A stretch of 64,000 bases of DNA. Source: Haliotis rubra (lineage: Eukaryota). The stretch covers positions 620,001-684,000 of the forward strand of contig NW_025766558.1 of the NCBI RefSeq assembly GCF_003918875.1. The letters run 5' to 3'. Positions 26,871 through 39,657 of this stretch are shown one piece after another. The position numbers and the translations under genes were made by a program. How positions within the stretch are numbered: position 1 is the first letter of the stretch; every line of letters begins with the position of its first letter. Under the pieces are notes generated by a model. The model did not search any database. It worked only from the letters and a program-made list of their open reading frames with translations, and was not told the origin of the DNA.

Positions 26871-27949
26871 CGTTCCACCGGTAACACCCGTCATCAACAT
26901 ATGCAATCGAATATTCCCTCCGCATGTCTACCATAAAACAGTTTGAATTATTTACATACTGAGGTCTTGATTGTTGTGACAATGATAGAACAACTTCTGA
27001 GCAAGATGCTGTTTGATATCAAGCTCGATTGTATCTCAAGAGTGGTGAAATGTAACCAATAAAGGCGGGAGCTGTTGGAATATTGCTCGACATGAAAGAC
27101 TATTGTAATGATGAAGTCACCCCTTTAGTCATACACCATTGTGGAGAGCGTTGTCACGCTGAATCTTTATGCCGAGGACTAGATGCTAAAACATATATAG
27201 ATCTAACAACTCAGTGAACGTTGACTAATAGTGCGTGTCATGATTATAGAGGCCTTTTATTGAGTTTCCCATTGCATGTTGACAAGGCTGTCAAATTACC
27301 CTGGTATAATCTTGGCACAGCTCCAGCGATTAAACCTTGTTGCCGTCATGGCTGAAGATAGAATAATTTGGACAAGCCGAGCAGGGCAGGAAGTAAAACA
27401 CATAGGGACGTAAAATCTATTTTCCACGCATGATTCATAGAGTACCATTACTATAAGTAAAGCTGTCGCTATATATAGGCATTGTTAAGGTGGAATGTTT
27501 TCAATATTTATGTCGACTTATAATTCTCTTTTCTATAGCATACCTGTAACCGAGGAGGGTGTATTTTCTAAACCAAATAAAAGTGTAGTAAGTGAGAACA
27601 GGTCGATCCAGTTTGTGGGTTGGTTACTTGGTTAGTTTCAGTTTGTTTACAGAAGATAACGTAGATTGTTGGCACCAAGCCATGGTCGGAAAAACGTTAG
27701 ATTGTGGTGTAGCGGACTGGATTGTCGCGGTCTTTACAATCCGATCATTTACAATCCGTTGTCACGAGCTCTTGGAAATCAATACAATATGTGTTTATAT
27801 GTGTATTATCTACCAGCGGTTCAGGCAAGCTCCAGCTGTGGGACGTCCTATCATATACAGGTGTTTGTTATGAAGTGTGTGTGTGTCAGTTAAGTATCAA
27901 CTGACAGGTAGTAATGAAGACCTTGCATCAACAGTTTCATACAATACGG

Positions 27950-29168
27950 TATTAGATCATTCCTTTACATAATATAACCACAGTATTAGATCATTCCTTT
28001 ACATAATATAACCACAGTATTAGATCATTCCTTTACATAATATAACCACAGTATTAGATCATTCCTTTACATAATATAACCACAGTATTAGATCATTCCT
28101 TTACATAATATAACCACAGTATTAGATCATTCCTTTACATAATATAACCACAGTATTAGATCATTCCTTTACATTTACATAATATAACCACAGTATTAGA
28201 TCATTCCTTTACATAATATAACCACAGTATTAGATCATTCCTTTACATAATATAACCACAGTATTAGATCATTCCTTTACATAATATAACCACAGTATTA
28301 GATCATTCCTTTACATAATAGAACCACAGTATTAGATCATTCCTTTACATAATATAACCACAGTATTAGATCATTCCTTTACATAATATAACCACAGTAT
28401 TAGATCATTCCTTTACATAATATAACCACAGTATTAGATCATTCCTTTACATAATATAACCACAGTATTAGATCATTCCTTTACATAATATAACCACAGT
28501 ATTAGATCATTCCTTTACATAATATAACCACAGTATTAGATCATTCCTTTACATAATAGAACCACAGTATTAGATCATTCCTTTACATAATATAACCACA
28601 GTATTAGATCATTCCTTTACATAATATAACCACAGTATTAGATCATTCCTTTACATAATATAACCACAGTATTAGATCATTCCTTTACATAATATAACCA
28701 CAGTATTAGATCATAATATAACCACAGTATTAGATCATTCCTTTACATAATATAACCACAGTATTAGATCATTCCTTTACATAATATAACCACAGTATTA
28801 GATCATTCCTTTACATAATATAACCACAGTATTAGATCATTCCTTTACATAATATAACCACAGTATTAGATCATTCCTTTACATAATATAACCACAGTAT
28901 TAGATCTTTTCCTTTACATAATATAACCACAGTATTAGATCATTCCTTTACATAATATAACCACAGTATTAGATCATTCCTTTACATAATATAACCACAG
29001 TATTAGATCATTCCTTTACATAATATAACCACAGTATTAGATCATTCCTTTACATAATATAACCACAGTATTAGATCACTCCTTTACATAATATAACCAC
29101 AGTATTAGATCATTCCTTTACATAATAGAACCACAGTATTAGATCATTCCTTTACATAATATAACCAC
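27950..29168. repeat. 34 bp minisatellite (agtattagatcattcctttacataatataaccac), about 36 copies
   Basis: Only 3-4 units at the paralogous site 20695-20802. Confidence 0.95.
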
Positions 29169-29622
29169 AACTTTATTCACATATGAAATCTATTTCTCCA
29201 TACAAAGGAAATATATTGTAAATTAATCATATGTTTGCAGTGCCCTTCCAGGAACTCCACAGTCACTCAGAACGTAAAGTGAGTTTCTCTGTCAGAAAAC
29301 CAAATTCAGCAGGCAGCGAGTATAAAACGAATGTGGCACAATCTGAAACGCGCATGTGCGCGCGCACACGAATAATCATAAAGTATAATGATAACACGAG
29401 ATTTAACGGGTGAGTACGTCCCCTCGGTAACTGGAGAAACAGGTTAGTTTACAGTTGGCTCGAGATGTTCAGGAAATAGTATTTGTTTCTCAAGTGATAG
29501 GTTATTGGCGACTCCTCCAGAGGTGTCAAGTCTCCAAGCATATATACGGTATATGTTTAACTGTCTCAAGCTGAATACAAGCGACAAAACCATTTCCATA
29601 TTGTCAAGAACCATCTCTAGTC

Positions 29623-30744
29623 TCAGTTCCAAGCTTTTCTTCTGTGGATGGGTTTCTTGACACCATAGACACCGGTTCCAGCTGTCTGAGCACGACCATT
29701 ACTCACCTGACTTTCCTCACGGATGGTCTTCAGTTGATTCTCAAGATTTTCCTTCAACTCCTTTTCAATTTGCTGTCGATCTTCTCTTCTTTCCCTCTCC
29801 TGCCTTTTCCTATCTTCCTCCATCTTCCTCTCCAGTTGATGCATGTCTTCTTGCCTCCTCCGCTCAATGTCCGCAATGTCTCGTGCATGCTTCTCCCGGT
29901 CCTTATCCCTGTGCCTCCTATACCGTGCTTCTGCCGTTCTGCGTTCTTGTATTTCCTCCTGAACCACGGCCTCCAAGTTGGTTATGTCCCCTTGCTGCTG
30001 TTCTATGGTAGTTTTAAGAGATCTGTTTTCTTCTTCCAGAACGGAAACCTTTGTCTGAAGGTCAGAAATTTGACATCGAGCAATTTCAAGCAGTTCGTCT
30101 TTTTTCCGAACTTGTTCTTTCAGTGACTGAATTGTGCCCAGATTGTCATCATTCATGAGAGACATCTCCTTGATGTTGCTCAACGTCGCTGTTATATCCG
30201 CCATAGACGCCAATATTTCCTTCCGAAAGGTTTGTAATTCCTCCTTGGTAGCCAAGTCCAGCCTCAAACCCTCGACCTCTTCCTTCGTTGCATAGAGATT
30301 CTTTGACTCGGACATTTCGTCAATCCTATGCGTCTGTCTATCCAAGGCTGCCATGATTGTCTCCATACGCTTGCTCAGATCAGTGAACTCTCTAGAAAGC
30401 TGTGTTTCGGTTTGTCTTCTGTGTAGTGCCGAGGTCAGACTGTTGGACTCCTTGGTGGCTCGTAGTTTCCGCACTAGACCCTTGTACCCCATAGTGTCGA
30501 GAGCATACAAGAAGACTTGAAAGGAATTGGTGCCTCTGAACATGAGGATATCCAGGAACCTCTTGGTTCTGTCAGCCCGGGTTGTTCCCGACTCAATGTG
30601 TTGCATGTCCTTCAGGTCAATGACGTTCTTGGAGAAGAGAGTCCCAGTGATGTCCTTGGCGTCCAGCTCCACCTCTATGTCCATTATGTGTGTCTGGATG
30701 CACTTCTCATCTTCAGCAAGCATCTTCCCCCGCTCTGCAGCCAT
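29623..30744 (-). CDS. CARD domain + long coiled-coil protein, 373 aa (paralog 3; 6 aa differ from paralog 2)
   Basis: Intact ORF, near-identical to 21256-22377. Confidence 0.85.
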   Translation of the reverse strand: MAAERGKMLAEDEKCIQTHIMDIEVELDAKDITGTLFSKNVIDLKDMQHIESGTTRADRTKRFLDILMFRGTNSFQVFLYALDTMGYKGLVRKLRATKESNSLTSALHRRQTETQLSREFTDLSKRMETIMAALDRQTHRIDEMSESKNLYATKEEVEGLRLDLATKEELQTFRKEILASMADITATLSNIKEMSLMNDDNLGTIQSLKEQVRKKDELLEIARCQISDLQTKVSVLEEENRSLKTTIEQQQGDITNLEAVVQEEIQERRTAEARYRRHRDKDREKHARDIADIERRRQEDMHQLERKMEEDRKRQERERREDRQQIEKELKENLENQLKTIREESQVSNGRAQTAGTGVYGVKKPIHRRKAWN

Positions 30745-31925
30745 GGTATCTCAGTTTGCCTTATTAATGAAAATGATACATGTTTGATATTATTTATACA
30801 CCAATAAATACGAGAAGGAAAGTAAATAACACACTCCTAACATATACTCTCCAAAAGGTAGGGGATAACCGCAATAACATATTTTCCAAACTTCTAAGAA
30901 ATATAGGTTTCTAGAAATAGTTGTATAATAATAATGAACGAAGTTGATACACATACATGTGATGACGAGTTGCCTATCGATGACAACTGGTTTTGTTGTG
31001 TGACAGTAGATGTAAACTCCGACGACGATCCTGAAGTAAGAAAGGAGTAAAATGGGAAATTTGGATTTTTTGGATCAAAAGTGACTTAAACAATTTGTCC
31101 AATATTCATAAATTCATAAACGATGCATATATCCACTGATGATTTGAGGGAGTCTGTCTCACTCCTGGCAAAGTTCGGGGGCAAGGAAATAATGCCCCAA
31201 TTTCATAAATTATAAAGACTCCTGGAGCCTCCGCAGTGAAGAACTATTTCTTTTAGGTAAACTGGACTTGTGTGTTTCTCATTATAATGAAATAGAGAAC
31301 ATTTTCTTCTTCTACGTTCTGACAGTGTTCAAAACCTGCCTCGTAATTAAGTGAACTGAAAGGAGAAAAACTTGGGAAGCAATGCAATAATTTTTTCAGC
31401 TTCAATCTGGAGTCTTTCCGATTGTAAACTAAGTTCTTTTTCAAAATGGTGCTTTAGGAAACCGTCTCAACTTTTGTGAAGGGTTTTAAGTTTTCTCATT
31501 GAGTAGAACACTTTCGAGATTTTGGATACAATATCAGATACATGTTATGGCGATTTGCTGTTCGATGAAAGTATAAATGTTTATGAGACTTTCAGATGCC
31601 TTGTCTAATGATGTGTCATCACCAGATAGTCCGGTCATGTAATCGAGATCATCAGCAAAATCATATACGTAAACATGGAATAAAAATGGCACCAAAACTC
31701 GTCCGTGAGGGACGCCAGCTCTGAGTAACCTTGATTTAAACAGTGCCTACCTTCAATACCATTCATTTCCATCATATATCAAAAAACATATTGGAGCGGG
31801 AGACATGATGGGGCGGAGAACATGATGAGGCGGGGGACATGATGGGGCGGGGGGAGAACATGATGGGGCGGGGGACATGATGGGGCGGAGAACCTGGCGG
31901 GTTCAGGCTACTGGGGTACATAATA

Positions 31926-32091
31926 GTGAGTGAGTGAGTTTAGTTTAACGCCGCTTTGGCAATATTTCATCAATATCACGACAGGGGACACCAGAAATGG
32001 GCTTCACACATTATACCAATGTGGGGAATCGAACCCGGATCTTCGGCGCGACTAGCGAACGCTTTAACCACTAGGCTACCCCACCGCCCCG
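31926..32091 (-). mobile_element. Duplicated copy of the 23555 SINE
   Basis: Same sequence; TSD gtacataatag. Confidence 0.8.
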
Positions 32092-33414
32092 TGTACATAA
32101 TAGGACGAGAAGGAAAATAACTGGTCAGAGAACACTATGACAATTCCTGTATTCAAATGTTTCTACAATACAATGTTTCACAGAACGTACGATCAATAGT
32201 CGTAGACAGAGGCGGAGGTGGCCTAAAATCAGTGTTTTCGAGCATTTGAATATACAGTAGAACTTTACCTGTCTTGAATTTGTTCTCGTCCCACCCTGTC
32301 AAGTGCACAGCTGAAGAGAGAAGATCTGTATGTCAGTACACAGCTGAAGAGAGAGAAGATCTGTATGTCAGTACATAGCTGCCGGGATATGCTATATTGA
32401 TCTTTGAATAAGGCTCAGGGTATAGATTACCAGTGAAACATCACACGCTCCGTGGGGCGATATTAAGTTCATATCAGGATATCATGTCACCTGTCTTTTG
32501 TTTTAGTGACCTGTTTTCAGACAGTATATGAGTGCATGCACGAATGAGTGCCTGACTGCCTGCCAGTGTGTATGGTGGGTTATACCTGAAATGTTATATC
32601 TAGAGTTATATATCATCTACAAGCTCGGTTTGTGTACATTGATTGTGGCTGTATCGTCTGTCAGATGGGCGTAACCTTATATCCAGTAAGATTGTTGCAG
32701 AACTACTGGAAAACTACTTAGTGAACGACGAGAAACAATCCAATAATAAGACAAAATTCAGGAAAAACATGGCAAATATGCAGACCATATCTTTGAAATG
32801 GCTCGTTTGCATCCCAAGCCCCAGGTTGTCGGACTCCCCGATGCCCCTGGTTTTAGTACCTCCTGATCCTCGGCGAGTGGCCGGGTTCCTCACCCACTCG
32901 GTGACACTCGGGTAATGCAGAAGGCTGCCGTGTTTGGGAGCCTACAGAAGGGGCCAGGACACCTGAGCTGATGATGAGCCATATCAGGACCACCCGACTT
33001 CTCCCTGCTGCATCACCCCTTTAGTCATACACCCTTGTGGAGAGCGTTGTCAGGCTGAATCTTTATGCCGAGAACTAAATGCTAAAATATATATAGATCT
33101 ATAAACTCAGTGAACGTTGACTAAAAGTGCCTGTGGCCGGATTACTGAGGCTTTGTATTGAGTTTCCCATCGCATGTTGATCAGGCTGCAAAATACCACG
33201 GCATAACCTTGGCACAGCACCAGCAATTAGACCATATGTAGCTGTCAGGGCTGAAGATAATTGGAATAATGTGGACAGGCCGAGCAGTGCAGAAATGAAA
33301 CACATACGGACGTAAAATATGTCTTCGAACATAATAATGCATTATAAATATGGCTGCCATACACTATACGCGACTGTACACCACGCACAACGCACTATCA
33401 ATTGTACTTTAAAC

Positions 33415-35500
33415 ACTTGACGTTATACACTATACACTACACACTGTACATTGTACACTAGACTTTATACACTATACACTGTACATTGTACATTAGACGT
33501 TATACACTATACACTGTACATTGTACATTGTACACTAGACGTTATACACTATACACTGTACATTGTACACTAGACGTTATATACTATGCACTGTACATTG
33601 TACACTAGACGTAATACACTATACACTACGCACTGTACATTGCACACTAGACGTTATACACTATACACTACACACTGTACATTGCACACTAGACGTTATA
33701 CACAATACACTACACACTGTAAATTGTGCACTAGACGTTATACACTATACACTATATACACTTTACATTGTAAACTAGACGTTATAAACTATATACACTT
33801 TACAGTTAACAATAGACGTTATACACAATACACTACACACTGTAAATTGTACACTAGACGTTATACACTTTACACTATATACACTTTACATTGTGCACTA
33901 GACGTTATACACTATACGCTACACACTGTACATTGTACACTAGACGTTATACACTACACACTGTACTTTGTACACTAGACGTTATACACTTTACACTATA
34001 TACACTTTACATTGTGCACTAGACGTTATACACTATACACTACACACTGTACATTGTACACTAGACGTTATACACTATACACTACACACTGTACATTGTA
34101 CACTACACACTGTACATTGTACACTAGACCTTATACACTATACACTACACACTGTACATTGAACACTAGACGTTACACACTATACACTACACACTGTACA
34201 TTGTACACTAGACGTTATACACTACACACTGTACATTGTACACTAGACGTTATACACTACACACTGTACATTGTGCACTAGACGTTATACACTATGCACT
34301 GTACATTGTACACTAGACGTTATACACTATACACTACACACTGTACATTGTACACTAGGCGTTATAACTACATACACTTTACAGTTTACACTAGTCGTTA
34401 TACACTATACACTACACAATAGACGTTATACACTATACACTACACACTGTACTTTGTACACTAGACCTTATACACTATACACTAGACGCTTTACATTGTA
34501 CACTAGACGTTATACACTATACACTACGCACTGTACATTGTACACTAGACGTTATACACTATACACTTTACATTGTACACTAGACGTTATGCACTACGCA
34601 CTGTACACTAGACGTTATACGCTATACACGACGCACTGTACACTAGACGTTATACGCTATACACGACGCACTGTACACTAGACGTTATACACTACGCACT
34701 GTACACTAGACGTTATACACTACACACTGTACACTTTACATTGTACACTAGACGTTATACACTACACACTGTACATTGTACACTAGACGTTATACACTAT
34801 GCACTACACACTGTACATTGTACACTAGACGTTATACACTACACACTGTACTTTGTACACTAGACGTTATACACTTAACACTACACACTGTACTTTGTAC
34901 ACTAGACGTTATACACTATACACTACACACTGTACATTGTACACTAGACGTTATACACTATACACTGTACATTGTACACTAGACGTTATACACTACACAC
35001 TGTACATTGTACACTAGACGTTATACACTACACACTGTACTTTGTACACTAGACGTTATACACTATACACTACACACTGTACATTGTACACTAGACGTTA
35101 TACACTATACACTACACACTGTACATTGTACACTAGACGTTATACACTACACACTGTACATTGTACACTAGACGTTATACACTACACACTGTACATTGTA
35201 CACTAGACGTTATGCACTACGCACTGTACACTAGACGTTATACACTATGCACTACACACTGTACATTGTACACTAGACGTTATACACTACACACTGTACA
35301 TTGTACACTAGACGTTATACACTATACACTTTACATTGTACACTAGACGTTATGCACTACGCACTACACACTGTACATTGTACACTAGACGTTATACACT
35401 ACACACTGTACTTTGTACACTAGACGTTATACACTATACACTACGCACTGTACACTAGACGTTATGCAGTACGCACCGTACAGTTTACATTGTACACTGG
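33415..35500. repeat. Low-complexity tacac/tagacgtta satellite (second copy)
   Basis: Degenerate tandem units. Confidence 0.9.
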
Positions 35501-36604
35501 ACCTTATACATCTCGACGACGACGTTGTGTTAATCTACGACCGTCATTCACCACGTTGTGTGAATCTACGACCGTCACTAACCACGTTGTGTGAACTTGC
35601 GAACGTCATTATCCCTGTTGTGTTAATCTACGACCGTCATTATCCATGCAAACAAACAACCCTATCACATGCTATGTCTATGTCTTTCTGCGTTTGTTTG
35701 AATAACTTTAAATTAGCATGGAACCGCTTGGCGGGCATGAACACCAGGGATAATAATAATAATAATAATAATGTGTCCATTTATATAGCGCCAAACTCCA
35801 CACTAGGTTATGGTAATGTCCCAGTTGTCTGGCTGACTGGCTTCCAACCCGTGCACAGATTAACTGGTATGGATCCCGTCATAGCTGTCCATCAACTCAC
35901 TATGTTACGGATATACTAATAATGGCTGTGACGTCACAGGGATGCTGCTCACTGACAAGCTGATCACGTGATCAAACCTACGTACAATTTCAGGTCAATG
36001 GTCTCACGGCTGTACTGACAAAATGTGAGTGAGTGAGTGAGTGACCAGCCATGTGTTCGTGCGGTCAGTCCACTCCTACTAAAAGCATGAGAAACACAGG
36101 ACATGATAATGTAATGTAAAGGAACCAGACAAGCGTCCAGCCTTGCCGATATCCGAGGTCTTCCTTCCAGAACTGAGGCGTAATTTATCACACGTATAAA
36201 CCATTACTATGCCAAATCAAGTTTAGCGCAAAACAATGTCTTCATCACATCCGCCACTGTAGGGCATTTTGTGGTATATTGAACCAGGATCAAAAATTGT
36301 CACGTGACCAGCACGATCGCTGCACTCACAGGAGAAGGCCTCTTCCGGCATAAGTGTGGGATGAGAGGGCGATTCTGACAATGAGCTATAAATTATTATC
36401 AGAGTCCAACACTACAGACACAAATGGCAAACAGTGAAAGGTGACACTGAAAGAAGAAGAGGCAAACAGCCCTATAGTTTGTTTTCATGCTCAATAAGGA
36501 CATCCCAGCGAGGCAGTGAGGGTGTATCAAGGAGCTTCTGGTGATTAAGAGGCCTGTGTATCGGATCTATTGTGTGTGGAGAGGACCAAACGGATTATAT
36601 AAAT

Positions 36605-39600
36605 ATGACTACAATGATGTCTTGGTTCAGTACCTTGAACATGGTGCTGCTCATGGATCTGACTGATGGTAAGTATCACCACCTTCTTCTCTCACAGACA
36701 TTGTCGGCGGACCATGGATCTGACCTACTTCTCTCACAGACATTGTCGGCGGACCATGGATCTGACTGATGGTAAGTATCACCACCTTCTTCTCTCACAG
36801 ACATTGTCGGCGGACCATGGATCTGACTGATGGTAAGTATCACCACCTACTTCTCTCACAGACATTGTCGGCACACCATGGATCTGACAGATGGTAAGTA
36901 TCACCACCTTCTTCTCTAACAGACATTGTCGGCAGACCATGGATCTGACTGATGGTAAGTATCACCACCTACTTCTCTCACAGACAATGTCGGCACACCA
37001 TGGATCTGACAGATGGTAAGTGTCACCACCTTCTTCTCTCACAGACATTGTCGGCGGACCATGGATCTGACTGATGGTAAGTATCACCACCTACTTCTCT
37101 CACAGACATTGTCGGCACACCATGGATCTGACTGATGGTAAGTATCACCACCTACTTCTCTCACAGACATTGTCGGCGGACCATGGTTCTGACTGATGGT
37201 AAGTATCACCACCTACTTCTCTCACAGACATTGTCGGCAGACCATGGATCTGACTGATGGTAAGTATCACCACCTACTTCTCTCACAGACATTGTCGGCA
37301 CACCATGGATCTGACTGATGGTAAGTATCACCACCTACTTCTCTCACAGACATTGTCGGCGGACCATGGATCTGACTGATGGTAGTATCACCACCTACTT
37401 CTCTCACAGACATTGTCGGCGGACCATGGATCTGACTGATGGTAAGTATCACCACCTACTTCTCTCACAGACATTGTCGGCGGCTCATCTATGACATGTT
37501 AGACATGAAACTAACCTTAAATGTGATCGTAAGGCTGTGGTTAGAGGCATGTCATTCCATCTGTGGGTCACAGTAGACACAGATTCACGAAACACGAAGC
37601 AGGACATTATTAACCTCTTGCTTCCGAGTGCTGGACACAGTGTTGATTGGAGGCAAGGAACGCGGGATTGGGATCATTAAANNNNNNNNNNNNNNNNNNN
37701 NNNNNNNNNNNNNNNNNNNNNNNNNNNNNNNNNNNNNNNNNNNNNNNNNNNNNNNNNNNNNNNNNNNNNNNNNNNNNNNNNNNNNNNNNNNNNNNNNNNN
37801 NNNNNNNNNNNNNNNNNNNNNNNNNNNNNNNNNNNNNNNNNNNNNNNNNNNNNNNNNNNNNNNNNNNNNNNNNNNNNNNNNNNNNNNNNNCCTCTTCAGA
37901 CTCCAATGCTTATAAGCTTATAAGAGGCGACTAACAGGACCGGTTGGTCAGATTCGCTGACATGGTTGACACATGCAATCGTATCCGAATTGCGTTGATC
38001 GATGTTCATGCTGTTGATCACTGGGCTATCACGATTATTTACAGACCGCAGTCAAATAGCTTGATCATTCCTGAGAGCGGCGTTAAACAACTAACAAATC
38101 CAATCTGTTTGCTGACCTAGTTTTGTCCTGTCAGTTGCAGCTGGTGTCATCCTACAGACGGAGAAGATGGTCGTGCAGGGCGTTGCGTCCTACATGAGAG
38201 CGTCGTGCGACTGTCCCGCGACACACATAGTGCTGGTTCGGCCTGACACCAAGACAGTAGTTTTTGTAGCACAACAGTCGACTGCCAGAGTAATTGTGAA
38301 GGTTATTTGAGTGACCCGCTGTTTAGTAATGAAACAACTCTGAGTGTTGTCATTGTCAAGTTTCAAGCTGTTGATGTGGGAACATGGAAGCTGCGATGTT
38401 GTGGCAAAGAAGTGATGTCAACAATAACAGATGGAGCAGGTGAGAAGACATGTGTGAGTGGGAGGGGTGGGGAGTGATGTCAACAATAACAGATTGAGCA
38501 GGTGAGAAGACGGTGGAGTGGGAGGGGAGGGGTGGGGAGTGATGTCAACAATAACAGATGGAACAGGTGAGAAGACGTGTGTGAGTGGGAGAGGAGGGGT
38601 AGGGAGTGATGTCAACAATAACAGATGGAGCAGGTGAGAAGACATGTGTGAGTGGGAGGGAGGGGTGGGCAGTGATGTCAACAATAACAGATGGAACAGG
38701 TGAGAAGACACGTGTGAGTGGGAGGGAGGGGTGGGGAGTGATGTCAACAATAACAGATGGAACAGGTGAGACGACATGTGTGAGTGGGAGGGGAGGGATG
38801 GGGAGTGATGTCAACAATAACAGATGGAACAGGTGAGAAGACATGTGTGAGTGGGAGGGAGGGGTGGGGGGTGGGAGTGATGTCAACAATAACAGATGGA
38901 ACAGGTGAGAAGACATGTGTGAGTGGGAGGGAGGGGTGGGGGTGAAATGATGTCAACAATAACAGATGGAACAGGTGAGAAGACATGTGTGAGTGGGAGG
39001 GAGGGTGGGGGTGAAATGATGTCAACAATAACAGATGGAACAGGTGAGAAGACACGTGTGAGTGGGAGGGGAGGGGTGGGGGTGAAGTGATGTCAACAAT
39101 AACAGATGGAACAGGTGAGAAGACATGTGTGAGTGGTAGGGGAGGGGTGGGCAGTGATGTCAACAATAACAGATGGAACAGGTGAGAAGACATGTGTGAG
39201 TGGGAGGGGAGGGATGGGGGGTGAAGTGATACTGAGTTGACATCGGTTTAGTAGGGATGACATTGGTTGTGTTGCGTTCAGTTGAAATGAGTGGGAATGA
39301 GATAAATGATATCGGTTGTGTGAGTGAGTGAGTGACTAGTGACCTTTGTAATATGCAGCATCATTCTTCATATTTTCAGAAACTATATCAAGACGTCCAA
39401 CCATCCTGCGCGACCCCGTACCGCCAACAGAACATCTCGGGGGGCGAGCAGATGGGGCCGCACGATCACACACGACAAATCGACTGTTCGCAAAAGCTAC
39501 ACGTTTCCCCACCACCGACAGGACACCTCGGAGGACAGGTTCTGTCCCTCATCCAGCATCCAGCACTGGAAATACACTTCCCAATTCTAACATCGTCCTC

Positions 39601-39657
39601 AACATGTCACTGATAATGACATCCATCTTTTTACTGATGTTTGTAAATGTTTTTTAA
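36605..39657 (+). CDS. Putative GPI-anchored Ig-like cell-surface protein; exons 36605-36668, 38135-38439, 39380-39657
   Basis: Exon 1 MTTMMSWFSTLNMVLLMDLTD (signal-like, G|gtaagt, phase 1). Exon 2 is phase 1-1, Cys-rich, with LSVVIVKFQAVDVGTWKLRC (Ig E/F-strand-like); it needs one extra T in the T5 run at 38261-38265. Exon 3 is a P/T/S/R-rich stalk ending SSTGN..IVLNMSLIMTSIFLLMFVNVF*. The gap in intron 1 could hide further exons. Confidence 0.7.
36652..37483 (+). repeat. 61 bp minisatellite spanning the exon 1 end and 5' splice site of the Ig-like gene
   Basis: Unit catggatctgactgatg|gtaagtatcaccacctacttctctcacag|acattgtcggcggac, about 13 copies. Confidence 0.93.
37682..37890. other. Assembly gap (209 N)
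   Basis: N run. Confidence 1.
37915..38100 (+). mobile_element. 3' portion of a SINE-like repeat (related copy on the minus strand at about 52640-52835)
   Basis: Shared ggcgactaac...gatcactgg...gcggcgttaaacaa type sequence. Confidence 0.5.
38412..39230 (+). repeat. About 58-66 bp G-rich minisatellite spanning the exon 2 end and 5' splice site of the Ig-like gene
   Basis: Unit gtgatgtcaacaataacagatggaacag|gtgagaagacatgtgtgagtgggagggaggggtgggga, about 13 copies. Confidence 0.93.

Larger units (their letters stand above)
19670..35500. repeat. Tandem segmental duplication: unit 1 about 19670-26871, unit 2 about 26872-35500, each carrying one CARD gene
   Basis: Both units start gttccaccggtaacacccgtcatc and are collinear and near-identical except for internal VNTR lengths. 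Confidence 0.92.

Noticed and set aside
37610-37934. ORFs containing X runs
   Set aside because: They span the N gap
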